From: Candidatus Sulfomarinibacteraceae bacterium
Lineage (GTDB): Bacteria > Acidobacteriota > Thermoanaerobaculia > Thermoanaerobaculales > Sulfomarinibacteraceae
Direction of reading: 5' to 3'
DNA length: 64,000 bases
NCBI GenBank assembly: GCA_963796455.1
Contig: CAWCLO010000001.1
Location: 320,001-384,000, forward strand
Made by a program: the position numbers and the translations under genes. How positions within the stretch are numbered: position 1 is the first letter of the stretch; every line of letters begins with the position of its first letter. Below the pieces are notes generated by a model. It was not told the origin of the DNA, searched no databases, and was given only the letters and a program-made list of their open reading frames with translations. Below are positions 37,089 to 47,916 of this stretch, piece after piece.

Positions 37089-39794
37089 TTACCCACCCAA
37101 TTCGAGGACCGTACAGCCTTCCGCGCGCTCGGCAAATGCTTGCACGGTCGCCGGATGGCAGGTGAAGAAGATGACCTGGCGACGATTGGCAAACTCCGCA
37201 ATGACCTCGGCCGCCGCTCCGCGACGCTCGTCATCAAAATTGACGAGAACGTCGTCCATCAGGACCGGGAGGGCGGGGTGGGCGCCGGACAGATTTTCGA
37301 TGTAACTCAGGCGGAGCGCGAGGAAGAGCTGTTCGGCGGTGGCGCGGGAGAGTTTCTGCGGAGCTTTGCCAATGGAACGGCCGTCACTCACCGTGGGCTC
37401 GAAAGAACCGAGGGGCGTTCCGATCTTTGTGTAGCGCCCGTCGGTCAGGCTCGAGAAGATCTCCTGGGCCCGCTGGATGACGGCCGGCTGGCGCTCGGCT
37501 TCATAGACCTCGAGTGACTCCTCGAGCAACCTCGCGGCCACGGCCTTGACCGCGTAGGCCTCCACCGTATCTGCGATTCGCTCAATGAGACCCGACTCGG
37601 CCAACCGGAGTTCAGATGACGCACTCTCTTCGGCGCCGCGCTGCAGGCGGCCGTCGAGGGTACCGCGATGCTCGAGGAGTTGGTCGCGTTCAGCCTCGAT
37701 CTCGCCGGCCCTTTTTCCAGCCACCGCTGCTGCTGCTTCGAGGTCGGCCATTGTCTTGCCGTCGCCGAGGTCGGCCTGCCCGAAGATCTCGGTCAACCGC
37801 CGCCGATTCCTCGTGATGCGTTCGGAGAGCACCGCACCCTGCTCCTCCGCTGCCGATGCCTCAGACAGAAGCTCACGCCGCTTTTCAGCCGAACGTCTTG
37901 CCGCGCCCGACCTCGCCAGGAGCGAACGGACCCCGTGCTCGGTCCCATCGAGATCCACTGATCCGTCAGCCTTCGAAAGGGTGGCCCCGGCAGTGCGTGC
38001 TTCTCGGCCATACTCCTGACACAATTCCTCACGGCGATCCACTTCGGCCTGGAGCCCGCGCATCGAATCCATCCGCGATCTCAGGTCGCGGAGCAATCGG
38101 AGCACCCGCCGCACGCTCTCCGGTTTATCCGAGAGCGTATGAAGCTGGTGCTCATCCACCCAGGCGAGCCAGCCGCGCCACGCGCGATCGTGGTTCTCGG
38201 CCGCGCTGCGGGCCGATTCCTCCCGGGCCGCAGCGGTCAGAGCGAGCTCGGTTTCGGTGGCCCACAGACGACGGCACTCCTCGAGCCGGTTCTTCATTTC
38301 CATCAACTCGATCGCGGACGGAGTTTCTTCGAGCTCGAGCACCGGCAGCAGCTCCGCCACCGCCCGCGGGATCCGACGACGATACAGAAGTGGTCCCACA
38401 GCGAGACCGACGGCCAGGAGGGCGATCGGTACTGCTGCCCACATCAGAGGGCGGTTGTCGACGAAAAACCCCGCCACCACGATCGCGACGGCCACGACAG
38501 CAGCAGCAGCAGCCGGCAAGAAGGACGGCCCCTGCGTATCGGGACCGTGACCGAGGGTGAGCAGACGATCGACGGTCTCGAGCCGGGTCCCCACCTCATC
38601 ATTGATCTGGTCGGCGTTCTCGAGACCCAGGTTCTGCGAAAGCTCTCGCGCCCTGTGTTCGGCCTCATCGTGTTCCTTGCGCGCCTCGCTTGCACGCCGG
38701 GCGTCCTCCTCCCTGCGACGCTGGGTTTCGCGCAGCCGCTCCTCCGATTCGTGGAGTCGGTTCTCGAGTTCGAGATCGAGATGCAGAGCGCCCGCCGTCT
38801 CCAGGGTCCAACTTTCACCCAGATCGGTGACCCTCCGTTCCAGATCCGTCTCGAGTTGACGCTTTTTCTCGAGGTCGATCTTGAGCTGCGAGGCCTCCGA
38901 TCGAAAGAGCTCGAAGCGCGCACCCAGTCTCTCGATCGTGTCGGAACGCTCGAGAAGCTCGTCGTCGACTTCGTGGGCCGCTGCCTCGCGCCGGGCCCGT
39001 TCCACATCGAGTTTTTTGCCCTCGAGCTCGGCCTCGTCCTCCTGGATCTTGTCTTCCAGCCGGTGGCCTTCGACAAGCAGCGCCCTGAGACGGGCCTCCT
39101 CCCGGCGACGGCTCTGAAGCTCTCCTTCAGCAGTTTGGAGGTTGGCACCGACCACCACCCGCTGCTCCCGATCGACCCGATAGCTCTCGGCCGCCTCCTC
39201 GAGTTTTCGCCGATCCTCCCGCAGCGATCGCAGATCCTGGTTGAGACGATGGAGTTCCTTGGTGCGCGCTCGCGGAGCCCATAGAGCGTCGGCATCGGCA
39301 CGAAGTTTTTCGAGAACATCGTAGGGATTCACCAGGAGGCCGGCGGAGGTTGCATAAAGCCGCGACTGAATTGACTCGAGGGCTGAAAAGTCAGAGAGCT
39401 CCTCGAGCGAAAACCCGAAGACGCCCTTGAAGACACCGGCACTCACACCGGCAATGAGGGGCTCGAGCAGGACATCTCCGGATTGCTCACCGTGCGGTCC
39501 CCTGGCCATCACCCGGCCGCCATGGGCGCCCTCGGTTCGCTCGACGATCCACGGCGTTCCATCGTCATCGAAGACGAGACGGCCGACCCGGGCGTCGCCC
39601 GATGGCGGCAGGTACTGCCGCTCGTTCGTCCGGCCGCGGGGAAAACCATAGAGGATCTGCCGAATCAGCGAACTGTAGGTGCTCTTGCCGGCCTCGTTTC
39701 GCCCGTAAACGACGCTGAGGCTTGCACCGAAGACGCCGAGGACCTCGTCCGAGAGCTCCCCAAAACGAACGGCTTCTACGTTGGTCAAACGCAT
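37089..39794 (-). CDS. YhaN/SbcC-like SMC-type ATPase with coiled coils and TM segment
   Basis: Walker A GRNEAGKST, LSRATAEQLFLALR, Walker B VLMDDVLVNFD, FFTCH. Confidence 0.85.
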   Translation of the reverse strand: MRLTNVEAVRFGELSDEVLGVFGASLSVVYGRNEAGKSTYSSLIRQILYGFPRGRTNERQYLPPSGDARVGRLVFDDDGTPWIVERTEGAHGGRVMARGPHGEQSGDVLLEPLIAGVSAGVFKGVFGFSLEELSDFSALESIQSRLYATSAGLLVNPYDVLEKLRADADALWAPRARTKELHRLNQDLRSLREDRRKLEEAAESYRVDREQRVVVGANLQTAEGELQSRRREEARLRALLVEGHRLEDKIQEDEAELEGKKLDVERARREAAAHEVDDELLERSDTIERLGARFELFRSEASQLKIDLEKKRQLETDLERRVTDLGESWTLETAGALHLDLELENRLHESEERLRETQRRREEDARRASEARKEHDEAEHRARELSQNLGLENADQINDEVGTRLETVDRLLTLGHGPDTQGPSFLPAAAAAVVAVAIVVAGFFVDNRPLMWAAVPIALLAVGLAVGPLLYRRRIPRAVAELLPVLELEETPSAIELMEMKNRLEECRRLWATETELALTAAAREESARSAAENHDRAWRGWLAWVDEHQLHTLSDKPESVRRVLRLLRDLRSRMDSMRGLQAEVDRREELCQEYGREARTAGATLSKADGSVDLDGTEHGVRSLLARSGAARRSAEKRRELLSEASAAEEQGAVLSERITRNRRRLTEIFGQADLGDGKTMADLEAAAAVAGKRAGEIEAERDQLLEHRGTLDGRLQRGAEESASSELRLAESGLIERIADTVEAYAVKAVAARLLEESLEVYEAERQPAVIQRAQEIFSSLTDGRYTKIGTPLGSFEPTVSDGRSIGKAPQKLSRATAEQLFLALRLSYIENLSGAHPALPVLMDDVLVNFDDERRGAAAEVIAEFANRRQVIFFTCHPATVQAFAERAEGCTVLELGG

Positions 39795-41047
39795 CAGAGA
39801 TCATCCTCCGACACGAGATCGATGCAAAGGTCTCTCGCCAGCGCGACAATTTCCTCCGGCGAGGAGATGGTCTCGGGCCTCGCCGCGAGCTGATCGAGGA
39901 CCGGGTCGATGATCTCCGCCAGGAGCGAATGGGCCGCTGCTTGATCTTCCATTCGGGCGCCGGCCAGACGCGCAATGTCACCTCGAAGACCTTCTTCGGC
40001 CAGCACCTCTTCGAGGGCGACGGCCGGTCGCGTGCGATCACGGACCCGGTCGATCCACAACCATGGGTCGAGACCCAGCTGTTCGTCACGAATATCCGCG
40101 ACAAGATCTCTCATCACACCCGGTCGCAGGAGTGCACCATGGATCGGCGAGCGACCCGTCAAATCGATTCTCGCGATGACAGGACGCCCCGCACCTGCTT
40201 CACGAAGATTCTGGCAGAGCTCGCGGATCGCGGTCCGTAATCCGTCGAGTCCCGTGATCTCGGCGCTCGGCAACTCCACCCGTCGCCACAAAACGGAGGC
40301 CGTGGAAACGAATTCCTCAACGGCCCCGTCGCCGTCGAGCTCCACGAAAAGGCACCCGCGGGGCCCTTCCTCGGTGGGATCGAGACCCTGGGTCGACCCC
40401 GGGTACACGGCTGGCGGGTGATCCGAAACCCGGCCCGGCACATGTATGTGACCGAGCGCCCAGTAATCCATCCCCGCCGATCGCAGATCCTCGACCGAGC
40501 ACGGGGCGTAATTGTCGTGGCCCTCGCGTTGGCCCACGTTGGCGTGGAGCACTGCCAATGCAAGCGGGTCCCCCGTCCTGCGGCTGAATCCGCGCGCCAG
40601 GTTGTCGGTGACTTCACGGGTGGCGAAACTCCGGCCATAGACGGCACAAGCAACATCACCGTCACGCTCAACCTCGAATCGCGCCACCCGATCTGCCGGG
40701 AAAATCTTAACTGAGGGAGGAAGTTCCAACCCCGCCGACCAGCCATCCCTGGGGTCGTGATTGCCGTGGACCAGAAAGACCGGAATTCCAGCCTCGTCCA
40801 TTCGCATCATGGCCCTTTGAAAGGCGAGCTCGGCCCGCAGACTGCGGTCTGCGCTGTTGTGAAGATCTCCGGCGATGACGAGGAAGTCCGCCGACCGATC
40901 GATGCACAGGTCGATCACCCGATCGAGGGCTTCAAAGGTTGATCGTGCAAGGGCTCCCGACACCCGGTCGTCGGTGGCATCGACTCCGCCGAAGGTGGCA
41001 TCGAGGTGAAGGTCGGAGGCGTGGACAAAGCGAACCGACCCCTTCAT
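39794..41047 (-). CDS. YhaO/SbcD/Mre11-family DNA repair exonuclease
   Basis: HASDLHL, IAGD, GNHD, LH, WALGHIH, YPGSTQG. Confidence 0.9.
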   Translation of the reverse strand: MKGSVRFVHASDLHLDATFGGVDATDDRVSGALARSTFEALDRVIDLCIDRSADFLVIAGDLHNSADRSLRAELAFQRAMMRMDEAGIPVFLVHGNHDPRDGWSAGLELPPSVKIFPADRVARFEVERDGDVACAVYGRSFATREVTDNLARGFSRRTGDPLALAVLHANVGQREGHDNYAPCSVEDLRSAGMDYWALGHIHVPGRVSDHPPAVYPGSTQGLDPTEEGPRGCLFVELDGDGAVEEFVSTASVLWRRVELPSAEITGLDGLRTAIRELCQNLREAGAGRPVIARIDLTGRSPIHGALLRPGVMRDLVADIRDEQLGLDPWLWIDRVRDRTRPAVALEEVLAEEGLRGDIARLAGARMEDQAAAHSLLAEIIDPVLDQLAARPETISSPEEIVALARDLCIDLVSEDDL

Positions 41048-41051
41048 CGAA

Positions 41052-41762
41052 CTACAACCCGAGGTAGATAATCGACAGACCGGCTGCGGCGATCACGCAC
41101 CCCGCAAAGACGTGCGACCACCGTTCCAGCGGACCGAGTCGTACCAGCTTGAGACCTTCATAGCCTGCAAGCACGGCGCCGACCATGGACACCAGGGTTG
41201 CGACCGCAAAGACCAGGGCCGTCAAAATCGCCACGTCCCATCGGCCCTGACTCGCCGGCAGGGCAAAAAGTGGAATGAGAGGTTCGCACGGCCCAAGGAC
41301 GAAAATAATGAACAGCGTCCAGAAGGTGGTGTTGGTGCCGATTGTTTTGCCCTCATGACCGTGAGGACTGATGCCGTGGCTGTGGATGTGGACCTCGTCA
41401 CCGTGGGTGTGGGTCTCGATGCCGCGGCGCTTTCTCATTGCGTGGCGAATGCCCCACAATGCGTAGGCAAAACCAAAAGCCACAAGAGCCCACGCGGCAA
41501 GCGGTCCGCGCCCCGTTTCGACCCCCTCGATCTGCCCGATGGCAAGTCCCAGGGCGATACCGATCCCACCCAGGATCACCGACGACGCGATGTGTCCGAG
41601 ACCGCAGACGGCGGTCACGACGACCGTCTTCAGTCGGCTCCAGTCGCGCGCCTTGGCGAGCATGATGAAGGGAAGATAGTGATCGGGCCCAAGCAGGGTG
41701 TGCACAACACCCACGCCAAAGGCCGCTGCCAGTAGACTCCACGAAACGCTCTGAGCATCCAT
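41052..41762 (-). CDS. Nickel/cobalt permease (UreH/NiCoT-like)
   Basis: VHTLLGPDHY, GLGH, His-rich loop HTHGDEVHIHSHG, LGPCE; coupled to hypE. Confidence 0.75.
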   Translation of the reverse strand: MDAQSVSWSLLAAAFGVGVVHTLLGPDHYLPFIMLAKARDWSRLKTVVVTAVCGLGHIASSVILGGIGIALGLAIGQIEGVETGRGPLAAWALVAFGFAYALWGIRHAMRKRRGIETHTHGDEVHIHSHGISPHGHEGKTIGTNTTFWTLFIIFVLGPCEPLIPLFALPASQGRWDVAILTALVFAVATLVSMVGAVLAGYEGLKLVRLGPLERWSHVFAGCVIAAAGLSIIYLGL

Positions 41763-42782
41763 CAACAAATCCTCGGAAGATCCAATCCAGAAAGCAGATC
41801 GAGCGGCCTCTCACCCCCGATCCGGGTTTTCATTACGACCGGCGGCGCTCCCTTTGGAGCCTCCTCCATCCGGCCGATCACCATGGCACCGGCCCCGGCG
41901 GGGTCGGCGCGCATCGCCTGCAACGCGCGATCCACATCCTCGCTCGCGACCCACACCAACGCACGGCCCTCGCAGGCCAGGGCCAGCGGATCGAGCCCGA
42001 GGAGATCGCAGACCGCCGCGACGGTCTTCTGCACCGGTATCTGAGACTCTTCCAGAACCACCCGCGCACCACTCCGTTCGGCGACCTCGTGGCTGACCGT
42101 CACGACCCCCCCACGGGTCGGGTCGTGCATGCTTCGAACCGCTGCACCGCTTGCCATCAGGTTTTCGACCAGCGACGTCAACGGACCACAATCGGACTCG
42201 AGCCCGGGAGCATCGAGCTGGTGCCGGTGCGCAAGCACCGTCGCTCCGTGGTCGCCGATCGGACCGGAAACCAGGATCGCGTCTCCCGGTTGGATGTTGG
42301 TGTCCGAAATATCACGCCCCGGAGGCACGACACCGAGACCGGCGGTCACCGCGAAAATGCCGTCACCCTTGCCTCGCGGCACCACCTTGGTGTCTCCGGC
42401 AACTACGGCGATCCCAGCCTTTTCGGCGGCGGCTGCAGCACCCCGGACACAGGTCTCCAGGAGCACACCGTCGGCGCCCTCCTCGAGGATCAGGGCCCAC
42501 GTCAGCCACAGGGGCTTGGCCCCACCCATGGCGAGATCGTTCGACCGTGCCGTAAATCGACAAACACCCCAGATCACCACCCGAAAAAACCGGTGGATCG
42601 ACCACAAACGCATCGGTGGTCATGGCCGGTCGTCCCGGCGGCAGTTCCGGCAGCACCGCAGCGTCGGTCAAATCGGCCAGGTGTTGATTGTGAAACGCCG
42701 GCAGGAAAAGCTCCTCAACCAGGCGCCGGGTCAGACGCCCTCCCCCACCGTGTGCCAGAAGGACCTTGTCGGGCGCCTTCAC
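41762..42782 (-). CDS. hypE: Hydrogenase maturation protein HypE, one +1 frameshift at ~42542
   Basis: LAHGGGG, TTDAFVVDP..GDLG..YGTV then extra base then NDLAMGGA, GDTKVV, HDPTRGG, C-terminal PRIC. Confidence 0.88.
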
Positions 42783-43885
42783 GATTGCCCCCCGCCTGCC
42801 CACCGCTCGTGGCGATACCAGGCGGCGCAGGTACCTTCGGAGGAGACCATGCAGGCCCCAATCGGCGTATCAGGATCGCAGCCCGCATCGAACAGTGGGC
42901 ATTCCGGCGGGTCGATCACACCGCGCAAAACATCACCGCACGCGCAACCCACCGGTTCGTTCGGCGGCGGCAGTTCGACCTCGATCAAGGAGGCGTCGCG
43001 GTGCGCCCATTCCGAGCGCAGACCGAGCCCAGATCCCGGGACCATTCCAAAGCCCCGCCAGATCTCGTCCGATGGTTCAAAATACCGATCCACCAGGTCC
43101 CGCGCATGGACATTGCCGTCGGGGGTCACGACCCGGCCGTAGACATTGCCGATGGATGCCTCGCCCTCTGCCACCTGGCGGATGAGAGCCACCACACCCT
43201 GGGCCACATCGGTAGGCAGGAAACCGGCAACCACACCCGACACGCCATAGTCCTCGGCGAGAAACTCGAAGAGCTTCCAACCCGTGATCACCGAAACGTG
43301 ACCCGGCAGCAAAAAGCCATCCACATCCAGATCAGGATCGTCCACCAGCACCCGCATCACCTGCGGCATGGTTTTGTTCCCCGGCAGCAGGAGGAAATTC
43401 GGCACGCCGGTTCGTTCCGCCTCGTCGAGCGCGCCGCCGATGGTCGGAACGGTGGTCTCGAATCCAACCGCCAGGAAGATCACCCGGAGCGCCGGGTTTT
43501 CGCGAGCCAGCGCCACGGCGTCCCGTGGCGAGTAGACGATCTCGACGCGAGCGCCTTCCGCCCGAGCCATTTCCAGAGACATGGTGCTCGACGGAACGCG
43601 CATCAAATCGCCAAAGGTGCACAACACAGTGTCGGGCTGGGCCGCCAGGGCAAGCGCCCGATCGAGGTATTCAACCGGGGTGACGCAGACCGGACAGCCA
43701 GGTCCGGAAATCAGTCGCACCCGTTCCGGCATCAATCGCCGCAGACCCGCTCCGGCCACGCTGTGGGTATGGGTGCCACAGACTTCCATAAAGGTCACTC
43801 GGCGATCGAGTTGACGAGCCTGCTCGCGGAGGTCTGACAAAATCCCATCCATGACCTCCGGGTCGGAGAAGAGCCCGGTGCTCAC
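42779..43885 (-). CDS. hypD: Hydrogenase maturation protein HypD
   Basis: MEVCGTHT, GPGCPVC, GFETT, PGHVS, GACMVSSEGTCAA. Confidence 0.96.
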   Translation of the reverse strand: MSTGLFSDPEVMDGILSDLREQARQLDRRVTFMEVCGTHTHSVAGAGLRRLMPERVRLISGPGCPVCVTPVEYLDRALALAAQPDTVLCTFGDLMRVPSSTMSLEMARAEGARVEIVYSPRDAVALARENPALRVIFLAVGFETTVPTIGGALDEAERTGVPNFLLLPGNKTMPQVMRVLVDDPDLDVDGFLLPGHVSVITGWKLFEFLAEDYGVSGVVAGFLPTDVAQGVVALIRQVAEGEASIGNVYGRVVTPDGNVHARDLVDRYFEPSDEIWRGFGMVPGSGLGLRSEWAHRDASLIEVELPPPNEPVGCACGDVLRGVIDPPECPLFDAGCDPDTPIGACMVSSEGTCAAWYRHERWAGGGQS

Positions 43886-44109
43886 AACTCCACCATCGAG
43901 TCGGAGTACTCGCGCAACAACTCGAGAGTTTTGGCTGCTTCTTCTTCGTCCACCTGAGAGATCGCAAAGCCGGCGTGAACGAGCACGTAATCACCGACCT
44001 TGGCGTCGGGCACGTACATCGTCGAAATCTGCCGCCGCACACCGTCGATCTCGGCGACTCCGTCGAATTCGGTTCGTTCGACCAATACCATCGGGATGGC
44101 GAGACACAT
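43882..44109 (-). CDS. hypC: Hydrogenase chaperone HypC
   Basis: MCLAIP...VGDYVLVHAGFAI. Confidence 0.96.
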   Translation of the reverse strand: MCLAIPMVLVERTEFDGVAEIDGVRRQISTMYVPDAKVGDYVLVHAGFAISQVDEEEAAKTLELLREYSDSMVEL

Positions 44110-44193
44110 GAGAACCCTCCCTCTCGGTCACGACGCCCCAAGGTGAAACGTCGGGTTTGTTACATGTACATCCTACAGAAGCCTGAAGCGAAA

Positions 44194-44287
44194 ATCGCTC
44201 TCGCTATCGGAATAGCTCTCGCTATCAATACAGCAAATCGAGACTGTCATTGCTCGATAGCGATACCGATAGCGATTGCGATAGCGA
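44194..44287. repeat. Inverted pair of ATCGCT hexamer arrays
   Basis: ATCGCTCTCGCTATCG.. versus GATAGCGATACCGATAGCGATTGCGATAGCG; related arrays at 16073-16105 and ~60530. Confidence 0.7.
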
Positions 44288-44317
44288 CTGGTTATCAGCG
44301 TTTGGCGCTGCCGGACT

Positions 44318-46669
44318 TTAACCGGCGGCCGGCTCCATTTTGAGCGTCACGCCTCTTGCCTCAGCCACTGCCGCAAGAACTGCCTGTCCATACGACAATC
44401 CCCCGTCACCCGGCGGCAACTGGCGCGGCAGCAGGACCTCATGCCCAATGGCCACGAAGCCCGCGCTCAGTTGAGAACACAGGATCCGATTGACCAGACA
44501 TCCCCCACCCAGCGCCACTGGATCGGTCGATTCTCCGCTGACTCGTCGAGTGATCTCTACCACCAGGCTAGAGAAGGTCTTATGAAAACCGAGGGCCACC
44601 CTTGAAGGGTCCTGCCCATCGACCACCCTGCGTGCGGCCGCGGCGAGGAGGCTCTTCGAGGGCAGAACCGGGTCTCCGGAGGTCATATCAATCTCGACCT
44701 CAGACCAGACTTCGGCCGATCCCGCCGCCTGCGCTGCCAAAGCCTCGAGCCTCGCTGCAGCTTCACCTTCCCAGCGATTCGATTCGGTCACGCCCAACAG
44801 AGCTCCTGCCGCCTCGAACACGCGTCCCGCCCCGGAAGCAAGCGGCCACCCGGAATCCTCCGCGAGCCGCCGCACCGAATCCATGCGAGCAGTCTCAACG
44901 AGATTGGCCATCGGCGTGGCGGCGATCAGATCGGCATGTCCGCTTCGCACCAACGCCGCCACCGCGACCCGCCACGGCTCACGCACCGCCGCCTCGCCCC
45001 CGATCAGATCCAGAGCTTCGAGATGGGCAAGCCGCCGCCACGAAAGATCGCCCTGGATCTCCAGCCACTCGCCGCCCCATGAGGTCTCGTCGGGCCCCCA
45101 CCCGGTTCCATCCAAAGCGATGCCGAGTGCCGTCTTCCCCGGGTCTGGGAAGTTTCCACTTTCGGCGAGCACCGCAGCAATGTGGGCTAAATGATGTTGG
45201 ACCTGGACCAGCCTCGCGCCGTGGGTCTCGGCCAATTCTCGCGCGTACCAGGAACTCGGGTAATCCGGGTGCAAATCGGCGACGACCACATCGGGGGTGG
45301 CCTGAAGAAAATCGAGCAAACCCTCGATGACCTCGCGATGAAACTGCCGGGCCGGCACCGACTCGAGATCGCCCACGTGTTGCGTGGGAAAGGCGCGATT
45401 TCCCTGCGCGACACACCCCGTGACCTGAAGGAATCCCCCGACGGCCACAACGACCGCGAGCGAAGATACCGGCAGGGGCACCGGCTCCGGTACCCAGCCC
45501 CGAGCCCGCCGAACCAGAATCGGGCCCAGTTCCGAGCTCCTCACCACCGAGTCATCCACCCGGCGCACAATGTCGCGGTCGTGCAACAAAAAGAGATCGG
45601 CGATACCAGTCAGCCGTTCGACGGCCTCTCGATTGCCGCGACACAGGGGTTCTTCCGAGAGATTGGCCGAGGTCATGACCACGGGTGGCAACCGCGGGTC
45701 GCGGGTCAGTTCGATGTGCAGGGGCGTGGTTGGGATCATGACCCCGAGATCATCGAGCCCTGGTGCCACCTCGTCGGAAATCGGAGCCTCCTGACGACGT
45801 GGAGCAAGGACGATGGGCGCCCTGGAAGATGCCAACAGGGCCTCCGACTGCTCCTCGAGGTGGACCACGGATCTCGCGACCTGAAGGTTACGAACCATCA
45901 CCGCAAAGGGTTTCCCAAAGCGGCGCTTTCGCCGACGCAGACGATTCACCACGTCGGGATCGTCGGCCCGGCAGGCGAGTTGGAATCCTCCGAGCCCCTT
46001 GACCGCTACGATTCGACCATCGAGGAGCGCTTGTTGCGCCTGGACGATGGGATCCTCCGAGGTGATCAACTCCTCGCCGTTCTCGTCGGCCAGCCACAAA
46101 CGGGGGCCGCAACGTGGACAGGCCACGGGCTCTGCGTGGAAGCGCCGATCCGCAGGGTCCCCGTATTCACGCTCGCAGTCCGGGCAGAACGGGAAACACG
46201 CCATCGACGTCCGTTCACGATCATATGGCAGGCTCTTGACCAGTGAGAATCTCGGACCGCAATTGGTGCAGGTCGTAAAGGGGTAGTGATGGCGTCGATC
46301 CATCGGGTCTTCGACCTCACGCCGGCAGTCCGCGCACAGGACGGTATCGGGTGGCACCAGGGCCCCTTCGGGGCGCCCGGTCGTCGAGGTCCGGACTTCG
46401 AATCCTTCGGCCTGCACGGGATCCAGTTCTACTCGCTCGATCGCATCGAGGTGCGCCAGGGGCGGCAGTTCGGAGCGCAGCCGTTCGACGAAGAGATCGA
46501 TCATCTCCGATGATCCCTCAACCTCCGCGGTCGCGCCCAACGGATCGTTGATGACCCACCCCGCGAGACCGATTGATGTCGCGATGCGGTGGACGGTCGG
46601 GCGGAAACCCACACCCTGAACGGTGCCGCGACACCGGAGCTGGACGCGAATCAGTTGTTTGCCAATCAA
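44318..46669 (-). CDS. hypF: Carbamoyltransferase HypF
   Basis: GTVQGVGFRP, two zinc fingers, KGLGGF, QHHLAH, LDGTGWG, PPGDGGLSYGQ. Confidence 0.96.
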   Translation of the reverse strand: MIGKQLIRVQLRCRGTVQGVGFRPTVHRIATSIGLAGWVINDPLGATAEVEGSSEMIDLFVERLRSELPPLAHLDAIERVELDPVQAEGFEVRTSTTGRPEGALVPPDTVLCADCRREVEDPMDRRHHYPFTTCTNCGPRFSLVKSLPYDRERTSMACFPFCPDCEREYGDPADRRFHAEPVACPRCGPRLWLADENGEELITSEDPIVQAQQALLDGRIVAVKGLGGFQLACRADDPDVVNRLRRRKRRFGKPFAVMVRNLQVARSVVHLEEQSEALLASSRAPIVLAPRRQEAPISDEVAPGLDDLGVMIPTTPLHIELTRDPRLPPVVMTSANLSEEPLCRGNREAVERLTGIADLFLLHDRDIVRRVDDSVVRSSELGPILVRRARGWVPEPVPLPVSSLAVVVAVGGFLQVTGCVAQGNRAFPTQHVGDLESVPARQFHREVIEGLLDFLQATPDVVVADLHPDYPSSWYARELAETHGARLVQVQHHLAHIAAVLAESGNFPDPGKTALGIALDGTGWGPDETSWGGEWLEIQGDLSWRRLAHLEALDLIGGEAAVREPWRVAVAALVRSGHADLIAATPMANLVETARMDSVRRLAEDSGWPLASGAGRVFEAAGALLGVTESNRWEGEAAARLEALAAQAAGSAEVWSEVEIDMTSGDPVLPSKSLLAAAARRVVDGQDPSRVALGFHKTFSSLVVEITRRVSGESTDPVALGGGCLVNRILCSQLSAGFVAIGHEVLLPRQLPPGDGGLSYGQAVLAAVAEARGVTLKMEPAAG

Positions 46670-47337
46670 ACCCTTGGTCGCCGTTTTTCGGCTAGCCGCG
46701 ACCGCAACAGATCGATCCAGGCATCGATACCGTCGCCGCCGAGCGATGAGGTAACAAGAACGCAGCCCGAAGGGTTGAGGGTGGTGATGTGCTCCTGGAC
46801 CGCGTCCATATCAAAGGGGACATAGGGCAGGAGATCCGACTTCGAGATCACCGCGACCTCGGCGCGAGAGAAGATGGCGGGATATTTGACCGGTTTGTCA
46901 TCACCCTCGGTCACCGACAACACGACCACCTTGAAATCCTCGCCGAGGTCATAGGTCGTCGGACAGATGAGGTTGCCGACGTTTTCGATGAAAAGAATAT
47001 CCACCAACGGTATCGCGCCGTCGCGCAATCCACTGTCGACCTGGCGGGCATCGAGGTGGCAGGATCCGCCGGTCAGAATCTGGTGCGCCGGCACGCCGAG
47101 GGCACGAATCCGATCGGCATCGTTTTCGGTCGCCACGTCGCCTTCGATGACCGCGCAACTGAGCTCGTCTCCGAGGGCGCGAACGGTCGCCTCGAGCAGG
47201 GTCGTCTTTCCCGAACCGGGCGAAGAGATCAGATTGACGACCAGTGTTCCCGATTCGGCGAATCGCGACCGCAGCAACTCTGCCTGTTCTTCGTTGGCTG
47301 CCAGGGCGCGGCGTTTGACTGTCACGATTTGCGTCAT
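46666..47337 (-). CDS. hypB: Nickel-insertion GTPase HypB
   Basis: SSPGSGKT, IEGD, CHLDA, ENVGNLICP, KPVKYP, KSDL. Confidence 0.95.
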   Translation of the reverse strand: MTQIVTVKRRALAANEEQAELLRSRFAESGTLVVNLISSPGSGKTTLLEATVRALGDELSCAVIEGDVATENDADRIRALGVPAHQILTGGSCHLDARQVDSGLRDGAIPLVDILFIENVGNLICPTTYDLGEDFKVVVLSVTEGDDKPVKYPAIFSRAEVAVISKSDLLPYVPFDMDAVQEHITTLNPSGCVLVTSSLGGDGIDAWIDLLRSRLAEKRRPRV

Positions 47338-47383
47338 CTTGGGGACCTCTCCTACCGGAATCTTCGCCTCACCGGAAACAGCC

Positions 47384-47746
47384 TCAATCCGACGGCTCGT
47401 CGGTTTCAAAACTGAGATCGATCACATCGAGTTCATCACCGCCGGTGACCTCCAGCGGCATGCCGCAGTCGGCACACAACCGCATCCAACTTCCCTCCGA
47501 CCGGTCCTTGTCCTCATCACATTGAGCGCAATGTTGAGTCGCGGTGCACCACTGAATGACAAGTTCGGCGTCCACATCGGGGCCTTCGGCAACAACAGCC
47601 TCCCAGGCGTAGACCAGGAGGTCGGGTTCGACCGCCGAGAGCTCGCCGACGGCGAGGCGAACCCGCTGCAGTGTCCCACCGCCATGCTCTTCGACCGTTT
47701 CGCGGCTGGTCCGGTAGACCTCGAGTGCGATACCCATTTCGTGCAC
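47384..47746 (-). CDS. hypA: Nickel metallochaperone HypA
   Basis: MHE start, VGELSAVEP, CAQC...CADC, TGGDEL. Confidence 0.93.
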   Translation of the reverse strand: MHEMGIALEVYRTSRETVEEHGGGTLQRVRLAVGELSAVEPDLLVYAWEAVVAEGPDVDAELVIQWCTATQHCAQCDEDKDRSEGSWMRLCADCGMPLEVTGGDELDVIDLSFETDEPSD

Positions 47747-47916
47747 CTGGACAGTATACCGAGCACGAAAGGGAGAAAGGGAGAAAGGGAGAAAGGGGGA
47801 AAGGGGGAAGGGGGGAAAGGGAGATCGCCAGTCGATCTGTCCGAGATTGGAGAACCAGGGTCCATATGGCAGAGGGGCGGAGGGGCAGAGGGGCTAGATG
47901 CTGGATGCTGGATGCT

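Noticed and set aside
42089..43837. 582-aa plus-strand ORF (also 52577-54082, 38139-39284, 45191-46246)
   Set aside because: Antisense to well-conserved genes in GC-rich DNA, with no motifs
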